The notes under the pieces: model-generated
The model's database searches: none
The model's input: only the letters and a program-made list of their open reading frames with translations
What the model was told of the DNA's origin: nothing
Translations under genes and position numbers: made by a program
NCBI GenBank assembly: GCA_964016885.1
Contig: OZ024758.1
Span: 26,164,001-26,228,000 of the forward strand
DNA from: Eledone cirrhosa
Lineage: Eukaryota
Length of the DNA stretch: 64,000 nucleotides
Direction of reading: 5' to 3'
Shown: one piece after another, positions 25,664-39,254 of the stretch
Layout of the letters: every line of letters starts with the position of its first letter
Numbering within the stretch: position 1 is the stretch's first letter

Positions 25664-26002
25664 GGAGGCACATGGCTTAGTGGTTAGAGCATTGGCCTTG
25701 CAATCGAAAGGTTGTGAGTTCAATTCTCAGACCGGGTGGTGTGTTGTTTCCTTGAGCAAGACACTTTATTTCACATTGCTCCAGTTTACTCAGCTGTAGA
25801 AATGAGATGATAGGGACTGAGGTCCTTATCATTCCACTGCAAAGTGGTCGTGTAGGTGCCACGGCAAAAAAGCACCCAGCACTCACTGTAAATGAGGTTG
25901 GTGTTAGGAAGGGCATCCAGCTGTAGAAATCAAGCCAGTATCAGTTCCCGTCCCACCCTTGCAAGCAGGGAAAAGCGGACGTAAAATGAAATGAAATGAT
26001 GA
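25664..26002 (+). mobile_element. tRNA-derived SINE family A (tRNA head, CORE-like body, hairpin, 48-49 bp unit, RTE 3' tail); representative copy
   Basis: A box TGGCTTAGTGG, B box GAGTTCAATTC. Body CCTTGAGCAAGACACTT...CTCAGCTGTAGAAATG. Tail CCCGTCCCACCCTTGCAAGCAGGGAAAAGCGGACGTAAAATG, identical to the LINE end at 61408-61449. Confidence 0.9.
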
Positions 26003-26520
26003 TTGTGTAGGTGTCATGACAAAAAGTACCCAGCACACTGTAAATGTGAAAGGGCATCCAGCCGTAGAAAACCAGCCCACACTATAAAGGGGATGTGTAA
26101 AAGACATAGCAAAAAGCACCCAGCACACACTGTCAATGTGGTTGGCATTAGGAAGGGCATCCAGCCATAGAAAACCAGCCAGAAACTCTCCTATATGAGC
26201 AAGACACGGTCACTGGACCCAACTTGTCTTTAAAAAACCCGTCTAGCCCGTGCTAGCATGGAAGGTAGACGTTAATCGACGATGATGATGATGATGATGA
26301 TGATGATATATGAAAGAGTCAGGACGCCAATAGTTGAGCTTTTGCCGTTTCAACAGCTAGTTCCAAGTTTGGAACTAGCTGCTGTTGAAATGGCAAGAGT
26401 TCAGCGGTTAGGGAGCCAACTCTTTCATATTATCACACTCTACTACCCCAAGTATTGAGTACTCTGGTGAGTATTGCTCTAACAGGTTTTTACTGCATCC
26501 ATTTTGATTTATATATATAT

Positions 26521-26863
26521 GGAGGCACATGGCTTAGTGGTTAGAGCATTGGCCTTGCAATTGAAAGGTTGTGAGTTCAACTCTCAGACCGGGTGATGTG
26601 TTGTTTCCTTGAGCAAGACACTTTATTTCACATTGCTCCAGTTTACTCAGCTGTAGAAATGAGATGATAGGACTGGGGTCCATATCATTCCACTGTAAAG
26701 TAGTCGTGGAGGTGCCATGGAAAAAAAGCATCCAGCACTCACTGTAAATGAGGTTGGTATTAGGAAGGGCATCCAGCTGTAGAAATCAAGCCAGAATCAG
26801 TTCCCATCCCACCCTTGCAAGCAGGGAAAAGCGGACGTAAAATGATGATGATGATGATGATGA
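26521..26863 (+). mobile_element. SINE family A copy
   Basis: Full-length match. Tail-to-tail inverted relative to 27011-27356. Confidence 0.88.
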
Positions 26864-27010
26864 TATAATGGATTGAGAGGGACGAGGTTGTGTGGTTACT
26901 GATAACGAGTGTTAGAAAATAAAAGGACTCAAACAAGAGATAGATATTTACCCTTTATCAGTTGTCTACTACGGGTCACAGATGTTTCAGCATATATATA
27001 TATATATATA

Positions 27011-27356
27011 TCATCATCATCATCATCATTTCATTTTACGTCCGCTTTTCCCTGCTTGCAAGGGTGGGACGGGAACTGATTCTGGCTTGATTTCTACAGC
27101 TGGATGCCCTTCCTAACACCAACCTCATTTACAGTGAGTGCTGGGTGCTTTTTTGCCTTGGCACCTCCACGACCACTTTGCAGTGGAATGATAGGGAGCC
27201 CAGTCCCTATCATCTCATTTCTACAGCTGAGTAAACTGGAGCAATGTGAAATAAAGTTTCTTGCTCAAGGAAACAACACATCACCCGGTCTGAGAATTGA
27301 ACTCGCAACCTTTCGATTGCAAGTCCAATGCTCTAACCACTAAGCCATGTGCCTCC
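27011..27356 (-). mobile_element. SINE family A copy
   Basis: Full-length reverse-complement match, inserted in a TA run. Confidence 0.88.
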
Positions 27357-27995
27357 TATATATATATATATTTATAAGTATATTTGACTTCTTGCTAACA
27401 AAGTAAAATATTCAATGTTTTACGTGTGAAAATAATGAATGTTTAACATTTGTTCATTGTATACATAGTTATATTTCCTGTTTGCTTTACAAACTAGTAT
27501 AGTTTAAACAGTTGACACATTTCAGTGTAAATTTGTTTACTTCAATTTTTGCATTCCTTGTTTTAAAATGAGGATGTTTTTAATAACATTTTTAATGAAA
27601 TTATATAAACTTTTCAACATAATCAGATATTTATAATTCAACAAGTTTAACTAGCATAAAATGCTAAACTGAATGGAATTTTGAAGCAGAAATAATACTG
27701 AAATGTTTTAACCCTTTAGCATTTACATTACTCTAATATTTACTATTGTATTTTGGGGGGTAAAGGCTTCATGTCACATAATATCGAATCTATGAGATTT
27801 TGATGATATTTATTTTGAGAATAATCCCTTAACATCAATATGAGCAGCTGGTTATGGCTGGTTTGAACAGGAAGAGGTGAGAGAATTCTGGCCGGATATG
27901 ACCAGTTTAAATGCAAAAAGCTGAAAATGATGAATATTTGAAAATTAAAGTAACAGAGAAAGAGATATAGAATATTTTAAAAGTGGCAATGAAAT

Positions 27996-28185
27996 AATTG
28001 TTTCTACTTTTGACACAAGGCCAGCAATTACCCAGTGTATTACTGGTACTTTATTTTATCGACCCCATAAGGATGAAAGGCAAAGTTAACCTCAGCGGGA
28101 TTTGAACTCAGAATGGCAAGGGCCGTAACTCTATGCGTCAAAGCATGGCGTCCGACCCTCTACCGATACTGCCAATCCACCGCCC
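27996..28185 (-). mobile_element. tRNA-derived SINE family B (about 190 bp); other copies near 8472-8661, 18163-18295, 23897-24087, 31660-31845, 36079-36225, 37898-37995, 39360-39542, 40824-41014
   Basis: 5' GGCGGTGGATTGGCAGTATCGG (A box) and GAGTTCAAATCC (B box). Body CTTTGCCTTTCATCCTT..GGGGTCGATAAAATAAAGTACCAG. Long TSDs, e.g. TGGCAATGAAATAAT (27984/28187) and GATGGGAGTTAATA (40813/41016). Confidence 0.88.
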
Positions 28186-28802
28186 TTGGCAATGAAATAA
28201 TGGTTTCTGATTCAGGCACAAGATACAAGGCCAATAATTTTGGTGAGAAGGGAAAGTTGATTAAATCGACCTCAGTGCATTACTGGTACTTTAGATTATC
28301 GACCCCCGTAAGGATGAAAGGCAAAGTTAACCTCAGTGGGTATCTTTCATTTACTGACACTCACTACTTCTGCATTTGTCTTTCTACCTCTATTTTCCTC
28401 CCCAGTGTGTTACTGGTACTTTATTTTGTACAATGAGTAACACACTGGGATAATTGCTGGCCTTGTGCCAAAAATAGAAACAATTATTCTTTTTCTGTTG
28501 TTCAATGTGTACTAAATCAATAGAGTGTGATTTGAGTAACATTTAGCTGTTATTTATAGCTGCTCAAGCAACACTACAGTGATTCCCTTAATTCAATTTC
28601 CGATAAGTTCTATTTATATGAAAGTAAAACAAATTGATTTAGAATAAGGAAAACATCAAATAGATCATAATAAAAGTATTATACAATCAAACTGTCAGAT
28701 CATTGATGTCACAGATCAGTCATATTGTGAATATCACAAATCAATAATATCTAAAAGTAACAGAAAGTCACTCTAAGTTAAATATTCATTCAAGCAATTT
28801 TG

Positions 28803-30150
28803 TTTTCTTCTTCGCCCACTTATTCATGAGAGGGTCGGGGGGAAGAGTCCTCAAACACTCCTTCCAGCGGGTCCTGTCAAAAGCAGCTGTCTCCAACTGA
28901 TCCAGCTGGATTGATCCCCAAGCAAGACCAGCCAAGCCAATGGATGTTATCCAACCACCTTCCTCGGGGACTACCCCTGGGTCTCTTGCCGGTTGGTTTT
29001 GCCCGTAAAATCTGTCCAGTGATTCTTTCTTGAGACATTCTCACCACATGCCCATAGTATCGGAGTTGTGATCTCTCAATTCGAATGAGTAGCGGCTCTA
29101 CCTGGAGTGACTCTCTGATCTCCTGAGACATTCTAACCACATGTCCATAGTATCGGAGTTGTGATCTCTCAATTCGAATGAGTAGCGGCTCTACCTGGAG
29201 TGACTCTCTGATCTCCTGAGACATTCTAACCACATGTCCATAGTATCAGAGCTGTGATCTCTCAATTCAGAGAAGTAGCAGCTCTACCTAGAGTGACTTT
29301 CTGATCTCCTGAGACATTCTAATAACCACATGTCCATATCAGAGCTGTGATCTCTCAATTCGGAGAAATAGCGGCTCTACCTGGAGTGACTCTCTGATCT
29401 CCTGAGACATTCTCACCACATGCCCATAGTATCGGAGTTGTGATCTCTCAATTCGGATGAGTAGCGGCTCTACCTAGAGTGACTCTCTGATCTCCTGAGA
29501 CATTCTCACCACATGCCCATAGTATCGGAGTTGTGATCTCTCAATTCGAATGAGTAGCGGCTCTACCTAGAGTGACTCTCTGATCTCCTGAGACATTCTC
29601 ACCACATACCCATAGTATCGTAGCTGTGATCTCTCAATTCGGATGAGTAGCGGCTCTACCTAGAGTGACTCTCTGATCTCCTGAGACATTCTAACCACAT
29701 GACCATAGTATCGGAGCTGTGATCTCTCAATTCGGATGAGTAGCGGCTCTACCTAGAGTGACTCTCTGATCTCCTGAGACATTCTAACCACATGACCATA
29801 GTATCGGAGCTGTGATCTCTCAATTCAGAGAAGTAGCAGCTCTACCTAGAGTGACTTTCTGATCTCCTGAGACATTCTAATAACCACATGTCCATATCAG
29901 AGTTGTGATCTCTCAATTCGGAGAAATAGCGGCTCTACCTGGAGTGACTCTCTGATCTCCTGAGACATTCTCACCACATGGCCATAGTATCGTAGCTGTG
30001 ATCTCTCAATTCGGATGAGTAGCAGCTCTACCTGGAGTGACTCTCTGATCTCCTGAGTTATGCACTTTATCCAGTAATGTTACTCCAAAGACCCTTTGTA
30101 ATTCTAGAAATTTGAGTTACTAATGGTATAGTAAGATAGGGTCCCATAAC
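28803..30150 (-). repeat. RTE (Expander/Rex3-like) 3' fragment with a 93-bp segment tandemly repeated about 11 times
   Basis: 31-codon unit SQEIRESLQVEPLLIRIERSQLRYYGHVVRM (29123 to 29216 = 93 bp), followed by TGKRPRGSPRGRW and a (GAA)n tail. Confidence 0.85.
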
Positions 30151-30268
30151 TCCTGATGGAGTTGTATGGGTGCCATAGTGGCAGACAGCGTTTTGGGGGC
30201 ATTTTAATCTTAGTGGAGCCGATCTCTCTCCAGGTCTGAACTCAGCAGATTTCTTCCAGAGAAGGATT

Positions 30269-30299
<31 letters not shown>

Positions 30300-32129
30300 A
30301 GTGAGAAATAGATATAGAAGAAAAATCGACCCCAGTACTAGACTGGTACTTTTTTTATTGACCTCGAAAGAATGAAAGGCAAGGTTGAACTGAGAGAGGA
30401 GAGCCAGAAGAAATACCACAAAACATTCTATCTGATGTTCTAATGACTCTGACAATTTGCTACCTTACTAATATGTATGAACAAATTGAGTTATTGGCAT
30501 GCCATGGCATGGCAACATACTATATGTTTGTGTTTTGCAATTTATCTTTTTGCTTTGAAAAGAAGATGCATTTTTACAATGTTGCCTACCTGTGGAGCAC
30601 CCATTCAGCACACTTGTAAGCTCCCACCTGACACCCCTAATCAGTGCAACTGTACAGCACCGACAAAACACCTGTAAGGTACCCACTCCAACAATGCTTT
30701 GAAAAGAAGATGCATTTTTACAATGTTGTATTAGGATCAGAGCCTATAAGAGGGAGTGTTTCAGTTAGTATTTCAATCTGGGGCCAAGAGAGCCAAGGAA
30801 GGGGCTTGTCGATATTTGACACACTCACACATACCCCAAAAAACCCTTGAAATTTGAGCGGAACTCCCCCCCACCCCCCACCCCCCCACCCCCACCCCAT
30901 TTACCCCAGAACCCCAAAACAGTCATGTTCCACTTTGAAAAATGACTCTCGGGTGTCCTGATAGCAATAGCAATAGATATCTTATTGCCAAAATGGAAGA
31001 TCTAGCTTTTGAGATAAGGTTTAGATTTTTTTATTACCTTCTGGTTTGGTATATTGTCTAGTAACCTTTTTTGATAACTCAGATCATAAAGGGCCGTAAC
31101 TCTCTGCTATAAAGCATGTTGGTCGACGCTCCTCCGCTCCTGTCAATCCACTGCTCTCAAATATATATATTATAGCTCTAATAGCTCTGATTTTATTTAA
31201 TTAACTACTAAATTGTCAAAAATATACATATTAGGTTGATTTATTGAAAAAGAAAATCTGTTTTTCTCCATGTAATCAAGATATTCTTTGAAACTAATAC
31301 CTACTGTAAAATGATAAAGATGTTGATGATAAAACAATTTTCACCCTCTGTTGTTTTGTTTGATTTTTTTTTTCCTTCAATTCTTTTTTATTTGTATTTT
31401 TTTGTTTGTTTTTTTACAATATCTTAATGAACAAGAAAACCATATCTAATATTCAAACATCGGCCTACATCTTTATATAAATCATGGATCAATTGTCTGG
31501 AATCATTTTGTGTGTAAAGATGCAACTCATCCAGACTTAAAAGATGTAAAAAAAATATTTAAAAGATGCTGTTGAGTAATCAGCAAATCTGTTTCTGGAT
31601 TTAAAAAAAAACTTCCATATTTAGTAACATAAAAAAATATTCTAAAATTTGTAAATATATAATTGTTTCTACTATTGGCACAAAGCCAGAAATTACCCAG
31701 TACATTACTGGTACTTTATTTTATCGACCCCGTAAGGATGAAAGGCAAAGTTAACCTCGGCGGGATTTGAACTCAGAATGGCAAGGGCCGTAACTCTATG
31801 CGTCAAAGCATGGCGTCCGAACCTCTACCGATACTGCCAATCCATATATAATAATAAAAATTACTAAGCCTAAAATGTTCCTTTTATAGACTGTCATGAA
31901 AAGGATGATAGTTTTTTTACTATATTCCTTCTCAATAATCTGATTAGAACATTCTCAATAATGAACCACTTCATTCCATTCCTAAGAACATTTTATTCTC
32001 TTTTTTGTAAATAGTGTATCATACTTTTCTATATTTCAAATTTATACATGGCTAGTGAAATAGTTGATAAGAAAAAAAAAAGAAAAAATTTAAGGCAGGT
32101 GGTAGTTTCCCTGGCTGCAATGAGTAAGG

Positions 32130-32458
32130 GTGGGTGAAGACCTCCTTCAATCATGAATGACCATGTAATTTACACCTAGAAAGTTCCCCTCCAAGGCACA
32201 AGTCTGAGCAAGGTTGTCTGTGTAAGACCAGCAGTTGCCTGTGCATACCAGTCTCCTCTCTCCATGCCACCGATGTTGTCCAAGGGAAAGGTAATGGCTG
32301 ATACAGCTTGGCACCAGTGGCGTCACAACTCATTTCTACAGCTAAGTAAACTGGAGCAACGTGAAATAAAATGTCTTGTTCAAGGACACAACACATCACC
32401 CGGTCCGAGAATTGAACTCACAACCTCCCAATGCTCTAACCACTAAACCATGTGCCTT
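32130..32458 (-). mobile_element. tRNA-CORE-like SINE with a different 3' body (related older copies near 2050-2172, 18430-18700, 24710-24935, 54735-55035)
   Basis: Same head and CORE-like block as family A, followed by an unrelated 3' half. Confidence 0.65.
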
Positions 32459-32634
32459 TACGGCTGCAATAAGTAAAGTGTCAGTAAAAGAAATGCTTTT
32501 CAAATCAATCAATTTCCTTGAATCTAAATCATTTACAAAATCAAAAAGTATTGTTAAAAGTTAAGACTTATGAAGGAATCTCTAGTATCAAATAATATGG
32601 TCTCCTAGTAGTGAGTGTCCTGTACAGAATGAGT

Positions 32635-32850
32635 TTAACCCTTTACCATTCACATTACTCTATATATACTATTGTATTTTCATGGTAGACACTTTATCTC
32701 ACATAATATTGAATCTATGAGATTTTGATCTTATTTATTTTGAGAATAATACCTTAGCATAAGTATGAGCAACCGGTTACAGCTGGTTTGAACAGAAAGA
32801 GATGAAAGAATTCTGGCTGGATACAACCGCTTAAAATGCTAAAGGGTTAA
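32635..32850 (+). mobile_element. piggyBac-type MITE, representative intact copy (others near 17885-18316, 23503-23725, 27708-27920, 34726-34939, 40138-40643, 43942-44495)
   Basis: TTAA target sites, CCCTTTA(G/C)CATT / AATGCTAAAGGG TIRs, shared internal sequence across copies. Confidence 0.8.
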
Positions 32851-32899
32851 CATGGCAAAGACTATTGCATATCAGCTATCAATGGCAGCTCATAATCTG

Positions 32900-33178
32900 A
32901 ATCAGAGCCTATGTCTAATGCCTAGGCTGACTAATCAGAGCCAGTGTTGTGTTTAGTGCGTAGGCTAACCAATCAGTGCCTTTGTCTAATGCCTAGGCTG
33001 ACTAATCAGAGCCAGTGTTGTGTCTAGTACCTAGGCTAACCAATCAGAGCCTATATCTAATGCCTAGGCTGACTAATCAAGCCGGTGTCATATCTAGTGC
33101 CTAGGCTAACCAATCAGTGCCTATGTCTAGTGCCTAGGATAACCAATCAGTGCCTTTGTCTAATGCCTAGGCTAACCA
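32900..33178. repeat. 33/38-bp alternating minisatellite, about 8 units
   Basis: AATCAG(A/T)GCC...TCTA(A/G)TGCCTAGGCT(G/A)AC repeated. Confidence 0.8.
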
Positions 33179-33973
33179 AGATGATCAGGGATTCCGATCA
33201 AAGTCAGCATTGGATCAGCTGCATTCATGACATGGAGATTTAACTGTTGCTATCTCAGTTCATCTGACTATAAGCAAGTATAATGGAATAGATAAACTCA
33301 CTTCCATGATACTTTTGAACAGAAATAACAACACATTTTTGCTAAGTTGGCTAATCTACTCAATGCTGCTTTCAAATCACACCCAATAAACTTGATAACC
33401 TCTATAAAATGAGAGCATAGATTCAAAGTCGTAAACATTACCACACATGCCTTCAAGATGAGCACATTTCAATTAGTTACTACCACTTGATCCTAGGGTG
33501 ATTTTAGCAGAGCTCATTCTCTTTAGAGCATTTGGATCTGACCTCAGTGATGGAAATATTAGGAGTATGCTAAGTTTCATGAAACTGAGGTTAGGAAAGA
33601 GGAGAGTTATCTGCTATAAGCCTCCTCCTTGCTGCAGAAACTGAAAATCAGAAGAATGCCGTCCACCACTGCATGCTGATATCTCTAAAAAATTTGACTT
33701 AGATAAAAAGTCTGAATGTAGGATGTGACAGTCAGGGTTAGAATACCTTTGACTATAGGTCTGTCTCAGGGTGGTGGATTGGAGGTATCGATGGAGTGTC
33801 AGACAACATGCTTATGGCATAGAATTATGACCCTTTACGATCTGAGTTCAAATCCTGCCGAGGTTAGCTTTGCCTTTCATCCTTATGGGGGTCAACAAAA
33901 TAAAGTACCAGTAATGCACTGGGATCAATTTAGTTAACTTTCCCCTCCCACAAAAATTGTTGGCCTTATACCT

Positions 33974-34364
33974 GGAGGCACATGGCCTAGTGGTTAGAGC
34001 ATTGGGCTTGCAATTGAAAGGTTGTGAGTTCAATTCTCAGACCGGGTGATGTGTTGTTTCCTTGAGCAAGACACTTTATTTCACATTGCTACAGTTTACT
34101 GAGCTGTAGAAATGAGATGATAGGGACTGGGGTCCCTATCATTCCACTGCAAAGTGGTCGTAGAGGTGCCACGGGAAAAAAAAGCACCCAGCCCACACTG
34201 TAAAGTGGACATGTAGGCACCACGGAAAAAAAGCACCCAGCATTCACTGTAAATGAGGTTGGTGTTAGGAAGGGCATCCAGCTGTAGAAATCAAGCCAGA
34301 ATCAGTTCCCGTCCCAAGCAGGGAAAAGTGGACGTAAAATGATGATGATGATGATGATGATGAT
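33974..34364 (+). mobile_element. SINE family A copy with two internal units, inserted in a family-B SINE
   Basis: Family A head/body/tail. The flanking 33770-33973 and 34365-34385 continue a family-B-type element. Confidence 0.85.
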
Positions 34365-34976
34365 ACCTATAGTAGAAATCATTATAGGTCTCTCTGATCA
34401 GAGCTTACCTTGGGCTAAACAACAACACCAGCACCTACAAGACAATCTTATGAGCAATATTCCGCCCATGCAGTTATTCATACAAACTCTAACAGAACAC
34501 ACATGTAAATATAGCAACAGCTGCATCAGTAACCTCATTAGCAACTAAAACAATGATAACATGCCAGAGATAATGCAGATGAACAGCAACTCTTACCCTC
34601 TGACCAAATCTACTTTGCTTGCCAACTTATAACAAGAACCTACAGGCATACAGACAACCAAACTAGAGTTCCTCTGTATAGTCATTCAACCTGTTAGAAA
34701 TGGCAGCCAAATTTCTTCATATCTCTTAACCTTTTAGTATTTACATTATTCTATATATACTATTGTATTTTTGTGGTAAAGGCTTTACCTCTCATAATTA
34801 TCTCACATAATATCGAATTTATGAAATTTTGAGAACAATACCTTAACATCAGTATGAGTGGCTAGTTACAGCTGGTTTGAACAGAAAGAGGTGAGAGAAT
34901 TCTGGTCAGATACAGCTGGTTTAAATGCTAAAAGGTTAAAGGAGAAAGAGCACAGAATACAATGTAGTCCTACATA

Positions 34977-35188
34977 AGAGGGTCAGCTGAAAAGTTCATA
35001 GGCTGACTATGAAGGAGTGATGCTAGAGCTGTGAAATCTTGCATGCATTAATTTCAACTCTTCTTACTATTAACTGCATTGTTTCTTTCCGGGGACTATG
35101 TTGAAAAATAAACCTCATTTGGTCATTCCATGAGAGTATCTTGGTCAGCTTATGAACTTTCAGCCTATGAACTTTCAACCAACCCTTG
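34977..35188. mobile_element. mariner-like MITE
   Basis: About 30 bp imperfect TIRs (GAGGGTCAGCTGAAAAGTTCATAGGCTGA / TCAGCCTATGAACTTTCAACCAACCCTTG) flanked by TA. Confidence 0.65.
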
Positions 35189-36629
35189 TATGTATGTATG
35201 TATGTATGTATGTATGTATGTATGTATGTATGTATGTATGTATGTATGTATGCATGTATGTATGTATGTGTGTATGCATGTATGTATGCATGTATGTATG
35301 TATGTCAGGTCACTCTTGAGTGCTACTGGTAACAAATAAGCTAGTACAACCTGTCGCATGGTCGAGTCGTCGGCAACTAAATCAGCAACCCCACCAAGTT
35401 TACTTGGTGACGAGGGTGATTTTGGACACCCTGCAGGACAAAAAACAAAACCTGACAAAGGGTGGAAGAACTCATAAGAGTCAACGACCATCTGAAAGTG
35501 TGTAAATATGTATATACACATGTACCGCGCGGTTAAACCACTGTGAGTGAAGGACCCCTAGCCTTTGTCAGGGCATTCTTCTAAGAGAAGCCAACTCAGG
35601 AAACTGGGATAACTCCGATATAAAACCTGCGGCTCAGGAGTTACTGATGATGTTGATCTTTTCTTCTTTTCAAGTTATAGCTACTGTCGCTCAGAGAGTG
35701 GGATTAGCTCAGTGCACAGTCTTTCCTCACTTTAAAAAATATCTTCACGCACAGGCATTGCACGATAGAATTAATTAATAATTATTAATAACGGTATAAC
35801 GTGCAATGGCCATACTCGATAACGAGGGGGCAGCCATCATGTATGTATGTATGGACCCATAATTATTAGTGCCATAGTCATGGACATTTGAAACCCATCC
35901 CTCACCAGGTCTGAACACAGCCAATTTCTTCCAGAGAAGAAAAGTGATAGTTAGAAAGAGATATAGAGGAAGCATTAACCCCAGTTTTGGAATGGTCCTT
36001 TTTTTTTATCACTTAAAGAATAAAAGGCAAAATTGATATGAGCAGTATTTGAACTCAGAGCGCTGACAGCCAGTACAAATAATTGCTTCTACTTTTGGCA
36101 CAAGGCCAGCAATTACCCAGCGTATTACTGGTACTTTATTTTATTGACCCCATAAGGATGAAAGGCAAAGTTAACCTCGGCGGGTTTTGAAATCAGAACA
36201 TAAAAGGCTGCAAAGCATGGTGTCAGCCGGTACAAATAATACAAATCATTCTATCCAACATTCTAACTACTCTACAAAAGCACTGTCTTGAAAGTGTTTA
36301 TAGTTATCTAAAAATCTTCGATTGTAATTTTATGTAAGAACCTTTGTTAAGTTATGTTCCAAACACCAGCTTAAATATGACAAAATTAGTTATATTACTG
36401 AATCCCACCTAATTCTTGATTATTTTCAAAACTATTTGAAAATCATCGACAGTGTATTTCAGGAGAAATATGGTAACAAAAAGTATAATCATAGTTGACC
36501 GAGGGTAAACAACAGGCAATAACAGACTGAAAATAGAGAAAAAATACAACACATCCAGACTACAACACTCTACTCTTTACAATACATCACTGTATGTCAG
36601 AGCCTCACAGCAAATAGTACCCCATAAAT

Positions 36630-37890
36630 TCTGTAAGGTGATCATGTGGATGCCATGACAAAAAGCACCCAATCCATCCTGTAAGGGGGTTGCACTGGTT
36701 CCCTGACAAAAAGCACCCAGTTCACCCAGAAAGGTGTTAGTGATGGTGCCATAACAAAAAGCACCCAGTTCACCCAGGAAGGTGTTAGTGATGGTGCCAT
36801 AACAAAAAGCACCCAGTTCACCCAGGAAGGTGTTAGTGATGGTGCCATAACAAAAAGCACCCAGTTCACCCAGGAAGGTGTTAGTGATGGTGCCATAACA
36901 AAAAGCACCCAGTTCACCCAGGAAGGTGTTAGTGATGGTGCCATAACAAAAAGCACCCAGTTCACCCAGGAAGGTGTTAGTGATGGTGCCATAACAAAAA
37001 GCACCCAGTTCACCCAGAAAGGTGTTAGTGATGGTGCCATAACAAAAAGCACCCAGTTCACCCAGGAAGGTGTTAGTGATGGTGCCATAACAAAAAGCAC
37101 CCAGTTCACCCAGGAAGGTGTTAGTGATGGTGCCATAACAAAAAGCACCCAGTTCGCCCAGAAAGGTGTTAGTGATGGTGCCATAACAAAAAGCACCCAG
37201 TTCGCCCAGAAAGGTGTTAGTGATGGTGCCATAACAAAAAGCACCCAGTTCACCCAGAAAGGTGTTAGTGATGGTGCCATAACAAAAAGCACCCAGTTCA
37301 CCCAGGAAGGTGTTAGTGATGGTGCCATAACAAAAAGCACCCAGTTCACCCAGGAAGATGTTAGTGATGGTGCCATAACAAAAAGCACCCAGTTCACCCA
37401 GAAAGGTGTTAGTGATGGTGCCATAACAAAAAGCACCCAGTTCACCCAGGAAGGTGTTAGTGATGGTGCCATAACAAAAAGCACCCAGTTCACCCAGGAA
37501 GGTGTTAGTGATGGTGCCATAACAAAAAGCACCCAGTTCACCCAGAAAGGTGTTAGTGATGGTGCCATAACAAAAAGCACCCAGTTCACCCAGGAAGGTG
37601 TTAGTGATGGTGCCATAACAAAAAGCACCCAGTTCACCCAGGAAGGTGTTAGTGATGGTGCCATAACAAAAAGCACCCAGTTCACCCAGGAAGGTGTTAG
37701 TGATGGTGCCATAACAAAAAGCATCCAGTTCACCCTGTAAGGTGGATGTACAGGTGCCACAACAAAAAACACCCAATCCACCCTGTAAAGTGGTCATACT
37801 GATGCCACAATAAAAAGCACTCAGTCCATACTGTAAGGTGGTAGGACCAGTGCCACAAACAAAACACCCAGTCCTCTTGTAAAGTGGTTG
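36630..37890 (+). repeat. 48-bp minisatellite (about 20 homogeneous copies plus degenerate flanking units)
   Basis: Unit AAAAAGCACCCAGTTCACCCAGGAAGGTGTTAGTGATGGTGCCATAAC. Followed by the ...GAAGGGCA.CCAGC body and an (ATG)n tail. Confidence 0.95.
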
Positions 37891-38379
37891 GCATTCGAGG
37901 TTGACTTTGCCTTTCATCCTTACGGGGTCGATAAAATAAAGTACCAGTAATGCACTGGTAATTGCTGGCCTTGTGCCTAAAGTAGAAACAATTATGAAGG
38001 GCAACCAGCCATAGATACCAAGCCAAAAACTGAGCATACATCAAGGCATAGTCACCTGTCAGTTAAGCCTCAGCATGTGACAGCCCCTCTAACTCATGAA
38101 AATCATGGAAAATAGACATAAAACTGTGATGAATGATGATGATGATGATGATGATGATGGGGGGGGGGGTGATAATGAGGAGGAGGAGGAAGAGGAGAGG
38201 GGGGATTCTGATAAACAAAGCTGAGTTCATTGTTTCATGGTTCGAACCTTCTTGTGTGCAGTGATTGTCAGCTGGTGTTCAAAGATTCCTAGCTACGTCC
38301 GTTGCTCTAAATGTTGACGTCGTCTTAAGATATACACTCACATATTTCATCATGCCAGCATAGGACAGTGGATGTTATA

Positions 38380-39254
38380 TGGTGGTGGTGGTGGTGGTGG
38401 TGGTGGTGGTGGCGGTGGTGGTGGTGGTGGTGGTGGTGGTGGTGGTGGCGGTGGCGGTGGTGGTGGTGGTGGTGGTGGTGGTGGTGGTGGCGGTGGTGGT
38501 GGTGGTGGTGGCGGTGGTGGTGGTGGTGGTGGTGGGAGGGGGCACAAGGAGGCAGTGGCAGCAGTGGAGGTGATGGTGGTGGTGGTGGTGGGAGGGGGCA
38601 CAAGGAGGCAGTGGCAGCAGTGGAGGTGAAGGTAGTGGTGGTGGTGGGAGGGGGCACAAGGAGGCAGTGGCAGCAGTGGAGGTGATGGTGGTGGTGGTGG
38701 AGGTGGTGGGAGGGGGCACAAGGAGGCAGTGGCAGCAGTGGAGGTGGTGGTGGTGGTGGTGGAGGTGGTGGGAGGGGGCACAAGGAGGCAGTGGCAGCAG
38801 TGGAGGTGATGGTGGTGGTGGTGGTGGTGGTGGGAGGGGGCACAAGGAGGCAGTGGCAGCAGTGGAGGTGATGGTGGTGGTGGTGGAGGTGGTGGGAGGG
38901 GGCACAAGGAGGCAGTGGCAGCAGTGGAGGTGATGGTGGTGGTGGTGGTGGTGGTGGGAGGGGGCACAAGGAGGCAGTGGCAGCAGTGGAGGTGATGGTG
39001 GTGGTGGTGGAGGTGGTGGGAGGGGGCACAAGGAGGCAGTGGCAGCAGTGGAGGTGATGGTGGTGGTGGCGCGGGGGGGGGCAGTGGTTGGTGGCAGAAG
39101 TGGTGGTGGTAGTGGTGGTGGTGGTAGTGGTGGTGGTGGTAGTGGTGGTGGTGGTAGTGTGTGGGGGGGGGGGGGGTGTTGGCAGCAGTGGTGGTGTTGG
39201 CAGCAGTGGTGGTGGTAGTGGTGGTGGTAGTGGTAGTGGCAGTGGTGGTGGTGC
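38380..39254. repeat. (GGT)n with an embedded about 55-62 bp G-rich minisatellite (about 9 units)
   Basis: GGGAGGGGGCACAAGGAGGCAGTGGCAGCAGTGGAGGTG+(GGT)n repeated over 38534-39068. Confidence 0.92.

Noticed and set aside
25664-25735. tRNA gene (A and B boxes, anticodon-like arm)
   Set aside because: It is the head of a multi-copy SINE: no proper acceptor stem, and it continues into the SINE body and RTE tail.
36577-38037. 486-aa and 379-aa ORFs with 16-aa periodicity (also 45539-48032)
   Set aside because: A consequence of a 48-bp stop-free unit. Overlapping frames on both strands are open, and a 1-nt deletion near 46467 shifts frame with no sign of constraint.
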